From: Antedon mediterranea
Taxonomy: Eukaryota > Animalia > Echinodermata
Direction: 5' to 3'
DNA: 64,000 bases
Assembly (NCBI RefSeq): GCF_964355755.1
Contig: NC_092676.1
Coordinates: forward strand, 19,052,871 to 19,116,870
Shown piece after piece: positions 11,671 through 25,290 of this stretch; the first letter of the stretch is position 1; the number at the start of each line of letters is the position of its first letter. The position numbers and the translations under genes were made by a program. Below the pieces are notes generated by a model. It made no database searches, was not told the DNA's origin, and saw only the letters and a list, made by a program, of their open reading frames with translations.

Positions 11671-12397
11671 AATTATATAAACATATGACTTAATGTCAAC
11701 AACGCTGCATAATTTATTAAATTTAATATAATTTGCAGAGAAATGCATACAAAACTACTACTATCACAGCATTGATATTCAAGATTTTTTGTTTAAATAA
11801 TAATAATAATAATAATAATGGTTAGTTTGACATATATGTCATCGTTTATTAATACTAAAAATAACACAATTATTGTGTCACTTATTTCCTATGTATTTTT
11901 AGGACTTGTAGCTGAACAGTACAAACGTGCACTTTGCCAAATGCTATTATTTTGTTTTCAATGCTTTATAGGCATTTAGTTTTATTTTAATAATTTTATA
12001 TTTATTTAGTTTTATTTTAAGATTCCATTATATTATATATATTATAGTGATTTATACAGCGCTTTTGACCAAATCGCTGTACAAAAAATAGAATTAAGTT
12101 TTAATTTATTTATTTTGGAAATTCCGATTATTTCTATTTTAGGCCTATTAGATGTATAACTTATAAATGTATTGCAACATTTTAGATCATATTGTTATAT
12201 TAATATTTATTTTACTGTGCAATTTTTCAAAAAAAATTTTTAAATTGTGTGTGAGTTTTTAATATGTTATAATGGGTTGGCAAAGATGTTTTAAAACAGT
12301 TGATTGTTGATATTGTTAATGTCCATAAAGTTGTTCTTATTGTATACATTGTGTTTAGGAATGACTGTTTTTTTTTAACTGTAGGCCTAGCTAGAGG

Positions 12398-12796
12398 TCG
12401 TCATCATCATCACCACTATCGTCGTCATCCTCATCATCATTATCGTCATCATCATTAACATATTCATAATCTTCTTCATCATCGTCATCACCATCGTCAT
12501 CATCATCGTCATCATAATCATCGTCGTCGATCATTATAACCATCATCGTCTTCGTCATCACCATCGTCATCAGCGTCATCATCATCATCCCAATCATCGT
12601 CATCATCATCATGGCTATCGTCATCACAATCACCATCGTCATCGTTATCATAATCGTCATCATCATCGCTATCATCGTCATCATCATCGTTATCATCGTC
12701 ATCATCATCGCTATCATCATCATCGTCATCATCATCGCTATCATCGTCATCATCATCGTCATCGTCGTCATCACCATCGTCATCATCATCGTCATC
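12398..12796. repeat. Degenerate (TCA/TCG)n trinucleotide low-complexity tract
   Basis: ~400 bp of CAT/CGT triplets. It generates the poly-Asp, poly-Met and poly-Ile ORFs in the track. Confidence 0.9.
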
Positions 12797-12881
12797 TGTT
12801 GTCACAATCGTTTCCATAAGATTTTTAACAATGTTATTACAATTTTTTTAAACATAAGTGGGGATGACTGTGATATGGGTA

Positions 12882-12985
12882 TTTTTAGTCGCGTGCAACG
12901 CGACTCTACAGCTCACTATGTCGGTCGGTCGGTCGGTAAACACAGTAACTTGCACGCGACTGCAGCCATGTATATGACCTTGATT
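12882..12985 (+). mobile_element. Short Helentron-associated element (HINE/DINE-1-like)
   Basis: T-run, subTIR AGTCGCGTGC with adjacent inverted ACGCGACT, (GTCG)n microsatellite, 3' subTIR GCACGCGACT, degenerate hairpin GCCATGTATATGACC and TT end. Confidence 0.7.
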
Positions 12986-14901
12986 CAAGACGGAATGGTT
13001 TCCAAACCGCCATTTGACCTTCTTGGCAGCAAACTACAGATCTTTATTATTGCCGCAGTACCAGTGTAATTACTATATCATCATTATGCCCCTTACATCA
13101 GTATCCCCACCCCACTCTGATGATGATGATGAAATAGCCTGATATTTATGTCATGATATTTATGTTACTCCTCAAACCTATATAACTATCCAACAGTGTA
13201 TCACTGTGAGTGACAGTCTGTGCAAATACATTTGCAAGTGGAATAATTAACAATATTTAGCGCCAGCATCCGTCCGGTTGTTCTGTGCCTCATCATCAAG
13301 GCCACATCATAATACATTAGATAATTTGGCACGATATTACTCATGAACTTTCAACAACAAATGCATGATAGAAAGCTGAATTAAAACAAAATAGCATATA
13401 AATGACTAAAATGTAAATGGCGTCACAGGAACACAGCATAACATGGAACTACATAACAAGGAATGACAACATAATATATATACGTTAAATATTAAAATTA
13501 AAACAGTATAGTATATAAATGACTAACATAAACTGTTTTATGTTTTAGGTCGTCACAGGAATTTTAACTGCAGCAATATTGTGACTGATTTAAATTGGTG
13601 ATTTTATTTTTTTTAGTTTAATTACTTATTCTGATGATCAGCCCAATCATATCATTTTCATTACAATAATTTCGCCAGTGTTTTTTTTTCTGACCTTTTA
13701 CCGATTCATTAATGATGTACAGGATCGAGCAAATACATAATTTCCCCACACGCCCTTTTATTCGTTCTCTTCCTGAGTTAGAAACAAGGATTCTTTAAAA
13801 CATTATGGTGAGTTTTCATTCACTATGGGTTAAGATGTATTGTCCCAAAATACATGAAAAATGACGATTAAAAAAAAGACTTTAAATACCGTAGGCCATT
13901 TCGCAGTTGAATAAAGTTAATCACTTCCGTAGAAAAAAAACTTTAAATAAAACAATTTTCACTTATAAAAAGACAAAATAAACGGTTAAATTCAACCAAA
14001 ACCCATTGACTTCCAGCGTTAAATTACAGTTTTTCAGGTAAATATTTTTTTTTTCCAATTTTTGATCAAAATTAAACTATGATATGATTAAAATGATACT
14101 CAACAAAAACATATAAACAAATTATTTTTTTCAAGGGATCAATTATTTTTAATACTATTTTTTTTTAAAAGAAATACGGTACTAAGTTTAAAAATATTTT
14201 CCAGGAATCATATCAATCGAAACAATTCTGTATATTATTTACTTTTAAATATAGATTTTCATGAAATTATTTCCAACCCAAATAAATATAATTCCCCCAG
14301 GCGCGATCTCTTTCTCGCACGTCAACCATACCAACATTCGTATCATGATTTCTCATTAAAAGCAGCACAAACCATCAACTTTGAACACCAAATGTTTTTT
14401 ATTCATTTAAATATTTTGAAGTTTTGCCTATGGCCATGATTTAGGCCTACAACTGTCTGTCTCGATGTTGAAAATAACAGTAGTTATGACGGCGTGAAAC
14501 GGATGAAAACCTTGAACAAAATCAACAAACTCGCGCCACAAAAATCGACACCGCAGGCTAGCTGTCCAACCTCTGTAGTTTGCACCAATCAGCACGCAGC
14601 AAGTTCGCACAAATGAGTTACAACACAAATGGAATCATTGTTCGTGAAGTTATCTCGCACTATCGTGTTCAGGTTCGAACGTTTAGATAACTTTAAATTC
14701 GTACTTGTGTCTGAAATTCGCCACAGTACAGTTATTCTGATCGTACTGGTGGTTGTAAACTTTTGTTCGTTGCGGAGTTTGTATAACCATCTCATTAAAC
14801 ATTGATTGATTCAAAACTGTGTTCATTTATTGATGTCCTTTTCAGCTGTGATCCTCTGACAGACGTACTGATACATGTATTAAATTTATTATCCGGCAGC
14901 C

Positions 14902-17900
14902 ATGTTAAGACTACTTCTATGTTTCTGTTTTCTTGGACTTGTAGTTGCTCAACGTCCCCTGAGACCCACAGGTAAGCAACCGTTTTTTTGTTATATATAA
15001 CCAAAGGATAATAGAACAAAATAATAGTTTGTAACTTTCTACTTCATTTAAAATTCAGATTACCTATCTGTAAATAGGCTCATGGGATAATTGTCGAGGT
15101 GAAATCACCTTGGTATGGACATTTTAGATTTTCTCCCGATATTAAATACTTGGTTAATTTACTACTAAAGTATTGGTGGTTTTGACCATGCCAAGTCAAT
15201 ATAGACTTATTCCTGCATACAGCAACTGGTATGATGTGCAAAGCTCTGTCTACACTATAAAACTGAGTAGTTTGACAAAAACTTGTGATGCGCCAAAATA
15301 TGGTAGTGATATTCTCAAATATGGTAGTGATATGACATCATCATGTCCATATATATGGGCACATCACATTTGTTGTCACATGAAATTTGATAGTGTAGAC
15401 AGAGCTTTAATGAAGTCGACGTATGTATATTTGTATATACCGTATCAATGGTATTAAAAACGTTCGGTTTACAAAGTTACAAAGACCTAATATAATCGTG
15501 ATTGCTGTTTACGTCACATGATAGAGTAAAATGTGGATGTCAAGATTAAAAGATAAAAATGTCCCACTAGTTATAATTAAGTTGTAGAGACGGGCGTAGA
15601 TATCGTATTGAGTCCCATTACACCCCTGTTGCCTAGCTATCGTAAAAATGTCACGTTCATCGCATATCGATAATATAAATACAAAAAAACATCGTGTATA
15701 TGAGGATATTTGTATTTTGATTCGTTGGTTTCTTGTACGATACATTACAGAATCAATTAATTATTCATTAATTAGCAAAAACAAATTTCAGTATGAAAAA
15801 AATCGGCAGTATAAAAAAAGTGTAATCATAGACAAACGCTTATAATACATCGGTGGGGGTGTGGCCTCACCATCTGAGCACCATAAAAAATATATAGATG
15901 CGCTGCTATTTTCGAGAAGGTAGGAGGAGTGGGGTCCAATTACCATTATGCATCAGGGTGGGTCGTCGTCGTTTTAAAACAAACTCGAATAAAAAACATG
16001 GCCTGACAATAATAAGTGAATTAGTACATTACAGGTGAATTTACTGTTGGATATGACATATCAAGCGTTTGAAATTTCAATTTTGAATCTTCATGTCTGA
16101 TCGAATTAAATGTGAATTCAGCCTTTAGACGACGGGTGGACAATATTATGTATTGAAGAGTTGAAGGTCATGTGCTTAGCTTCTTGCAAGTTAAAAATGT
16201 ATTGTCTCTCAAAACAAAAAATTGGAATAAGCCATTTTGTAGTTTTAATAACAGGGCCGTAGCCAGCATGAGGCAGACGAGGCGCTCGTCTCGTCTGAAA
16301 TTTTCAATTTTCCCCACCCACCCTAACTCCCCAGCACACACAGATCGTCATGTTTTATAAAAAATTATATTTAAAGCATCTTTGCCTTGTCTTTTTTTAC
16401 CTCTCGCTACGGCCTTGAGAAACGTTTGCCAAAGTAAAAAATGAACGAAAATATTGATTCCGAAAAAATACCAAAAACAATTTTAACCAGAACCCATTGA
16501 CTTCCATAAATAATCTTCCGGGTTTTTTTTTGCTTAAAATTCCGTTTTATCTGGCAACATTTTCGTCATCCAATTTGTATTTAAAGGTAATAAACTTATT
16601 ATATGTGACATTAAAATGGCCTATACATAGTAAAAGCCAAAAGCATCTGAAAATAAGAATATTAGACAATTATTATTGAATATTTTTAGATTAAAAATTC
16701 GTCAATATAGGCCTATTGCTAATCTATTGCTAAGCTTCTAGAATTAAACAATCGGACTGGAGCCAGAATTGAGTCTATGATCATCATTGAAGTCACGCAT
16801 GTTAACAGTGTCATTACCAAATAGTTAAATCCCTCGTGATGCTTAAAGTAACAGAATAATAGTTTAGCTCAATTTAGTATGATCTGCGACCAAATATCCA
16901 TATATAAGAATGTAATATTTAATCAATTAAAATTTCAAAATTACCGAAACAGCTCAGTAGCATCGCTATAACACCATTCTTACATTTGGAAGTTCTGCCA
17001 AGGACCTTTTGACGTCACTGGCTATGGGTGCCCGTCGATGGATGATTGAAATTGATCAATCGGATGCGTTGCCTATAATATTATTTTAACACACAACAAA
17101 AATTGGCATGTCAATCCAGACAATGGTAAACTAGACGTTGTCCATTAGGTTATTAGGTTCCAATCATTGTGACGTCCTGGTCACTTTCGAAAATAATCTG
17201 TAATTAGTTTTACAAATTGTGTGAACGCATGCCTAACATCACGATAGGCCTATAGTTAGCCCACGGAGATATTATACACCTTCATGCTAGACGCACACTG
17301 CCGTAGGTCAATATTCGTCAGTTTAGCTGCGCTCTCTTTAAAAACATACCAACCTGCCATGTATAATTAAAATAATCAAATTTATATTGAAACCACGTTA
17401 AGATATATTACTAATAATATTAGCGACTAATAATAATGAAAGCTTTTGTTATGGCATGCAATATTATGAATATTAATTATATCAAATATGCTTTAAATCC
17501 ACTGGTCTAAAAATTAGCGGGAGTATCGTCAATTCTCTATTACTTTCAAATTTAACGAAAACATGGCAAAGAAATGGGATATGTAAAATACGCTGGTGCC
17601 TCGGGCCATCGCAGCAGGACAGTTTAGTAGTACTGTATAAACTACATGAAGTTCAATAATGGTCGAATGACCAGTTTAAATAGGCAATCCATTGAATAGT
17701 GTAATAGAATATTATAAGTTTAAGCGTCAGTTTGAAGTCATTAGATGCATGTAGACATAATTCGCAATGAACTTAAATTGAACTTTAAAAAAAAACTTAA
17801 AATTACAAGGTAAAGTTAGCACAATATACATTATCGCTATTAGTATATTAAATTGAAATTATAATTGTAATTTTTCAAACGAAGTTATTAGGGTGTCATA

Positions 17901-20900
17901 TTATTTTAAATCAACTATGTGGAATGGTTTTGTTTTTTTACAAACGTTTCGGATGAAGTGCATTTAACACACACTATTTTTTAATCAATCAAAATTAATT
18001 TATTCCATAAAACTAATGTACAAAGATGTCATCAAAAGGTTATGGAAAAGGAAACTCAAAATAAGCAAAGCCTTTAAGCCGAGACGCTTAAAATACAATA
18101 AGGTAATAAGAAGTTATATCAATAACAACAAAAACAAGAATAAATTACATTAAAAAATGATAAATAGTGAAATAAGTTTGAAATTGAGATAAGTTGACCA
18201 ATTTATTAATCCAACTGTATAGTTACACAACTCACATGCACAACACTTAAATAATATTAGGACAACACAGTGTAATTTTCTTATAAGCATTAAAAGAAAA
18301 CATTAAATTGTAGGCCCAATGCTACTAGTGACCCCTACCTCAATTGCAATTACCCCATCCCATGTGACACCCTTGAAAGAACGGAAGGAATAATTAATAG
18401 AGCAATATTGTGTTTTCGCGGAAATAGTGTGATCATGGTCGCGCTGGTCTTGTCATGGTTGAAATGTCTTTTAGTTGCTTCTTTTTTCAGCATCAGAGGC
18501 AATCAGTTTCGTGTATTGCGAAAGGAAATTAACGTTGACTCTGTTCTGGTGATTTTTACTTGAAGATTTAATTGACTGGAATTATTGCAGAAAACATGAT
18601 GGGAGCCGGCAAGATCCACTGCATGAACTCTGTTAAGCTTCGTGTAGGGACTTTTCATACAAATGATCCATAAAAGATCCTAAGATAACAAAAAAAAAAG
18701 AAAAGCAGAGGAATCATTTACACCAATCCGTTCTCCAGCATGTTGAAGCTCGCCGGAACAGTATTCACAGGAGCTCGAGTGAAAAAGGCATCTGTATATA
18801 CTATCCTATCAAAATAAGAAGAAAAAAGATGTTAAGACAATTTTGTTAAATATCGATGGATGTTGCCTCTTTAATACATTCTCGCGCATACCCTACATTT
18901 GGATTTAACAGTATTTTTCTATTCCCACCCCCCCCCCCCCCCACCCAATGATTTTACGTCTCATCCGACTATTTAATACAATTTGAACATTAAGCCGCGT
19001 GTTTTACTGACTGGTCGCGTTTTACATTTGTAATTGGTACATTGGTACGTGATACTATCACAATAAATACAGTAATATTGCCTGGTGTGTTTTTGTGAAC
19101 CTTTGTAAATCAGATATTATGCTTCAATTGAAAGAAAGAAATGAGATGTTGAGGTCAAAATAGTACACCACCAGTATCGAAATAATCAAATGTACATAAA
19201 AAGAGTATGTGAAAAATATAAACGGCATATTATCAATATAATCTTCAGCAATAATTAGTATACCGTGACCTACCTCAAACATGGTCAAATAATAATGTCA
19301 TTGACTCCAACGTAAACCAATAAGCTTATAGATATCAGCCATATCTATCACTAAGCCAACACAAGTTGCATACCAGTTAATCAATTGATTAGCATGATAT
19401 TATTCAATGATGTAATTTCGATGCTTTTAACAGACTGGGTTATCATGCAATATAACAAAAAATTGAATAAAAAATCATTAGATAATGGTAAGAAATTGTT
19501 GGGGCAAATATTCAGGCTGCGATAAATGTTTAAATCACACACAAAATATACACCGTGTAGTTTCAAAATTAGTTGATTGAACTGCGCATCATAGTGCAGT
19601 AGAATTGTTTGTGGGGGAGGGGGCGGGGTGTCACTCTCATTAGTTGATTGAACTGCGCATCATAGTGCAGTAGAATTTTTTGTGGGGGAGGGGCGGGGTG
19701 TCACTCTCAATATGGGGGACGCTTTTTCATGATAAACGAGAGGAAATATATGAAATAGCCAACCCCTCTTAATAGATTTCTTGTCAACATCAAGCTAGCT
19801 ATAGTGATAGGCCTACTGAAAATTTAAGTTTTTGTCTTTTTGGTGGTAGACTTATTTGATCGGAATTGTAAGAATATCAAGTTTTAGTGCATTAATGTGG
19901 TTTTTTTTATGAAGACGAATAGTGTTTCGTGTATCTTGTATAATAAATAAATAATTGACGTTTTTAGCATTTTCACAATAGGAAAGTTTAGTAATAAGAA
20001 CACCAGAGTAGTGTATATTATCATAACCCGGTTCTCACAACAGTGGTCTGCATTTACGTGGTTATATGGACATGCAACCTGAATAATTAGATTACACATG
20101 AGCATCTTCTTCGGCGATACAGGTGTTCCTCTCACGAAGGTGATTTCCAAAATCCCATATTTTGTAGTTTTAATAAAGTTATTCACTTCTGTAGAAAAAA
20201 AAACCCAAGGAAAATAATTATTTCACTTATAAAAAGTCAAAGAAAGGGTTAATTATAACCAAAAACTCATTGTCTGACAGACAATTTAAATATTTTTTTG
20301 CTTTAAATTACGTTTTTTCAGGTAAATATTTCATTTTTTCGATCCAGTTTTCGGTCAAAGTGAATAACTATTATGTGACATCAAATGACATATTCAACAA
20401 ACATTTTTTAGGTGGACAATATATCCTTAAGAAAATGGATGCTAAAGGAGGAGTACATAGGCTTGCTATACCTTCAATATTTATTTACGTTCTTGTATGT
20501 TTTACAATCAAATTCATGTTTGACATATAGGCCTACAATGATGACAAAATCATTTACACCGTCACTGTGGCACGTGGTTACCAGGTAATGAATTACATGA
20601 AATATTAGGCAACATTAACTCGTGTATTAAGTATTAATGTTATAAGTAACTAAGCTCAGTATGTGGAATGAAAAAGATATGTAGGCCTACACTAACTGTT
20701 TTAAAAGTTGGCACCGTAGGCGACCTGAGTATATAGGCGTATCATGACCATTATTATCTCCCTGGACGCAATATGATATTGTAGGCTATATAACTTCTAT
20801 TTTATATCAGGTCATACTCTATACAACCAAACCACTACATTTTTGTAAGAACACGTTTATAACACATTTAAAATACAGTAATTTGGAGGTATGTATATGT

Positions 20901-23476
20901 ATATGCAATGGATATTTATATTAAATTTCATTCAAGAAACATTTCTTTCAATTTACAAATAAATTATGAGATTAAAACTTTTAAAAGAAAGAAGTGTCTA
21001 TAAAAAAATGCTAATAAATTTCTTTAAGTTATGAAAGTGGCAAAGTCCCAAAAAGTAAAATCAAATGGTAAAACCAATTGAAACTTGTGTAGGGAAGGCC
21101 ATAAGTAAAGTTAATATATTTCTAATAGCGTGGTTCCCACTAGCGACGCAACGCAATGACGTAACGCAACGCAAGTGAATTGACCAATCACAAGCGATGG
21201 CTTATTCGCTTGTGATTGCTAACTGTCTATAACTTCGCTTGTCATTGGTTAAAACGCTTGCGTTGCGTTTACGTCCTTGCGTTACGTTCTAGTGGGAACC
21301 AAGCTTTAACAAGCAAGACACACAAACAGAACACACGACGAAAACAACAATTTACATATTAAATACCATAATATAAATGCGTCTTAAATCAAATTATATA
21401 ATACATAATAAATATCGTATATTTTATATCCCTACATTTTTTAATAGACCCCCTGTAGCAATTTTATCAATTATGTAAATATTTTATTTAGAAAGCGATC
21501 ACTTATTTCTTGGTGAAAGTAAAGATTGGTTCTCACAACGCAACGCAAGGGCGTAAGCCGCAACGCAAGCGAACAATAAAATCAGCAATGGATTATTCGA
21601 ACACGTCGCTTGCTTGCGCATTGTGTCCTTACGTACGTTGCGTCCTGGTGGGAAGAACTAAACTGAACCCGTGTTGCAACGTATTCATCACCAATTTATT
21701 TTCTCTGTTGCTTTACAGCATGTATGAAGGAGTATATGAAACAGAACAACTGCACGAAGAAGTGGAGACCCGTATGTGCGAGCAATTCAGCAAGTTATAG
21801 AAACAAGTGCGAAATGGAGGCGTACCGAAATTGCGAATCAAGATTTATATACCAAATGCACGACGGAACTTGTGGAATTGGTACGAACTAGTATCTTAGT
21901 ATGATATGGTATAAATAACTCGAAATCTATATAATAATGTAAATTCGCCTGGGGTGGTTGAAAGAGGAATGGAGTAGTAGGAAGGGCTATGTATGTCTGT
22001 TAGAAACATCAGCAACCGAAATTGATTTTGTTTTCATGAATTTTAATCCACATAATTACATTGGCCTACTTTATAAATATGCCGATTCCATCTTTTCAGC
22101 ACCTTTTAAATGCATGAAAACTTGCTGACAACTGATATTCTTACAATTTGTAAAACTAGGTGAAATATTAACAAACAGGTTAAATAGTTCATGTCCTACT
22201 TTAGTTTACGGTATCAAAAACAAAGGATTTGTATTTAAAGTTAAAGGAATGTTCGGTGCATTCTAAGCGTACCCGGATCTACGTACCCTTAGGCTTGCAT
22301 TGTAGGCAAATATGTCATCCTCATGTTTTCTGCGGTACCGCAATAAACTGTGCTATCTGTGGTGAAGCACAGTGGTCAACAATTACAATAATCTAAAAAT
22401 GTACAATTTGACGTCACGTTTTATATAATACAGTATTGTATTGCTTTTCATTTGTAGGTCAGCAGACATCATGCAAATCTGGTAGTTCGTGGTATAAGTA
22501 TAGCGAGGTGGCAATAGGAAAATGCGGACAACCCTGGTATGTATATCATATCTTAAGAAATATACATTTATGGTTCATAACTTCTTTTAAAAAGTTTCTT
22601 TTCGATCATCATTCGTTTAACTTGGAATGAACAACTGTATCCTGTTTGGTATACAGTATTTCTATATATATTTTTTGCGGTACCTAATTTTATGGAATAA
22701 AATTGATTTTGATGAAATATCTCATTATTTTTTTATATAGTTTTTGTGCAGGTGGTAAAAAACGATGGGCTTGTGTATACTGCTGTAAGTATCATTAATA
22801 ATGTGTTCTTTTAACCTGTTCCATAAAAACATATTCCGTCAACCTTCAGATATATCATTATTAGTATTGAACCCACTCCTATGGGACATTCCTATTTAGG
22901 GGGCACTCCCATTAAGGGGATATTTAGCAAACGAAGAGCATACATGCCCAGGGGGCTTATTTTTGAAAAGAAGTCCATCTCAAAAAAAAGCCCCCTGTAC
23001 GTCTATGGTTTGCAAAAGTAATCTAGAAAAGAAGCCCACTTGGCTTTTTTTTAAAGATAAGCTGCGTTTGAATGTCAATTTAGGTAATGGAAATGTGCAT
23101 GTGCATGTAAATGTGTTTATCTTTATAATATCAGTATATTAATTGACTTCAAATCCTAAATTATCTCAACAGTCTAAATATCTTACAGTCAACCCCCTAT
23201 TCAGGAGACACTCCTACTCAGAGGCCATCCCTATTAAGAGGACACTTTGTTGGGTCTCGAAGGTATAACATGGATGCTACTGTATTAAACGTTTTAACTT
23301 GTTCTTTGACAGATAACGAAGGTTTTGATGAATGTGTTACAGACGATTGCGGAGAGGTGCCGCCATTTTGTCCATACGGCAGGATGCGTAATAGTAAAGG
23401 TTGTCTAACGTGCGAGTGTTTACCAAACTATAGTTTTTTTCTACGCACATTTTACTGGCACATGTATACAAAATAA
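14902..23476 (+). CDS. Secreted cysteine-rich protein: signal peptide + Kazal + vWC-like + antistasin-like domains (172 aa), putative protease inhibitor
   Basis: Exons 14902-14971 (MLRLLLCFCFLGLVVA-QRPLRPT), 21719-21880 (CMKEYMKQNNCTKKWRPVCASNSASYRNKCEMEAYRNCESRFIYQMHDGTC), 22458-22536 + 22741-22784 (CKSGSSWYKYSEVAIGKCGQPCFCAGGKKRWACVYC) and 23313-23476 (CVTDDCGEVPPFCPYGRMRNSKGCLTCEC...*). Total 519 nt, all phases match, AATAAA at and after the stop. Joining of the first exon across 6.7 kb is inferred from phase. Confidence 0.8.
16252..16416. mobile_element. Small MITE with CAGGGCCGTAGC / GCTACGGCCTTG termini (hAT-like ends)
   Basis: ~12-bp imperfect TIR. No clear TSD. Confidence 0.45.
21127..21305. 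mobile_element. PIF/Harbinger-type MITE family B (AGCTTGGTTCCCACTAG TIRs, ACGCA subrepeats)
   Basis: Palindromic GGTTCCCACTAG...CTAGTGGGAACC. Other copies at ~21521-21663 and ~23696-23837, partial at ~27090-27130. Confidence 0.8.
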
Positions 23477-24596
23477 AGAATGAAAAACTCAATGCCCTTA
23501 CTATGCTTATCATGTGCAGCTCTTAAAATAAAAATTTAGAATGGCGTAAAAAATGAATGGATCGTCGTCGTAGTCATAGTATCTATGCAATTATTACGAT
23601 ACGCCGTAGTTACGTTGGCCAATAATACTATTTTTATGACACAGTACAGTTACCGCAAAATTACCGCACCTAAATACACAGTGAAGTGTGTTTTAAGCTT
23701 GGTTCCCACTAGGACGCAACGCAAGGACGTAACGCGACGCATATTAATTTGACCAATCACAAGCGATGGATCATTTGAAGAGTAGTCGTTTGTGATTGGT
23801 CGACTTGCTTGCGTTGCGTCTTAGTGGGAAAAAACCTTTATAATGTAAACATTATGTTATTATAAGTTGCGTGGACATAATATTTAAAGTTAAAAAGTCA
23901 AAAAGCGAAATCATACGTGCTGAGGTAAAGTTATATTTAATTATCCATATAGAAATAAATGTACTTTTTTCTTCACGTATCATCAGCAAACTGTAACTCT
24001 TAAGTATCTAATTGTAAAAATACTTCTAAGTGTAACTTATCATATGATTGGTTGATACAGTATCACGTGCTGTACATTATTAGGTGTTTAATTACACATT
24101 CAGGTGGTAAATTGCATATTCAGTTATGTTAAGAAAATGTACTGTTTCTCGTTTAAAAACCAACGTGTAGTGTGCGTCAATTATAACGGCTCTAATACCA
24201 GGCAAGCTCAGATTCCCGCCGAGAGCCTAGTGCCTTCGACATTTACAGTAAGTGTGTTATGAGATAAATACATGTTTATGAGTGGAATCGATAGAGTATT
24301 TGCATTCGTTAAAGTTGTACGTTTATTAAACTCGGTCCTGCCTTGAAAAAAAAAGACCACCAGCAGCTCACTTTTCTCCATGACAATATTTTCTATCTTT
24401 TTGTATAATGTACTTCTGTGTATGTATTGGATTTTGTAGCTAATAAAATATGTATAGAATATGCTGCAGTTTAAAGTAGAAATTACAACATAAAAAGTAG
24501 GTTGTTACGTAAAATTATAATATTCTTCCTTGTTTATCGATGTTTGTGTATTATAGATTTAGCAATGACGGTGGAGTAGGTACACATTATTCTTAG

Positions 24597-25290
24597 CCTA
24601 CCGTATGTCAGAGTATTGGATTGATAGTAGATTCCTTACCGTATGTCAGAGTATTGGATTGATAGTAGATTCCCTACCGTATGTCAGAGTATTGGATTGA
24701 TAGTAGATTCCCTACCGTATGTCAGAGTATTGGATTGATAGTAGATTCCCTACCGTATGTCAGAGTATTGGATTGATAGTAGATTCCCTACCGTATGTCA
24801 GAGTATTGGTTGATAGTAGATTCCCTAACGTATGTCAGGGTATTGGATTGATAGTAGATTCCCTACCGTATGTCAGAGTATTGGATTGATAGTAGATTCC
24901 CTACCGTATGTCAGAGTATTGGATTGATAGTAGATTCCCTACCGTATTTCAGAGTATTGGTTGATAGTAGATTCCCTACCGTATGTCAGAGTATTGGTTG
25001 ATAGTAGATTCCCTACCGTATGTCAGAGTATTGGATTGATAGTAGATTCCCTACCGTATGTCAGAGTATTGGATTGATAGTAGATTCCCTACCGTGTGTC
25101 AGAGTATTGGATTGATAGTAGATTCCCTAACGTATGTCAGAGTATTGGATTGATAGTAGATTCCCTAACGTATGTCAGAGTATTGGTTGATATTAGATTC
25201 CCTACCGTATGTCAGAGTATTGGTTGATAGTAGATTCCCTACCGTATGTCAGAGTATTGGATTGATAGTAGATTCCCTAACGTATGTCAG
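24597..25290. repeat. 38-bp minisatellite, ~18 copies
   Basis: Unit CCGTATGTCAGAGTATTGGATTGATAGTAGATTCCCTA, head-to-tail, with some 37-bp variants and no spacers. Confidence 0.95.

Noticed and set aside
12391-13069. Poly-Met and poly-Ile/Val ORFs in the track
   Set aside because: Alternative frames of the (TCA/TCG)n tract.
13117-13145. CTGATGA...GAAA resembling a hammerhead core
   Set aside because: The intervening sequence is (GAT)n with no stem II, and there is no stem I or III pairing.
18490-18830. Minus-strand polypyrimidine/AG acceptors and a ~58-codon open frame, possible nested antisense gene
   Set aside because: No recognisable protein, no convincing donor or start, and an implausibly short intervening intron.
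20811-20888. Candidate extra exon (good AG and GTATGT) in the inhibitor gene intron
   Set aside because: Open only in phase 0, incompatible with the flanking phase-1 junctions, and with no recognisable domain. It could be non-coding or a poison exon, but that is unsupported.
24597-25290. CRISPR-like regular array (also 30686-31196 and 33137-33346)
   Set aside because: Units are head-to-tail with no unique spacers, there are no cas genes, and the context is eukaryotic. These are minisatellites.
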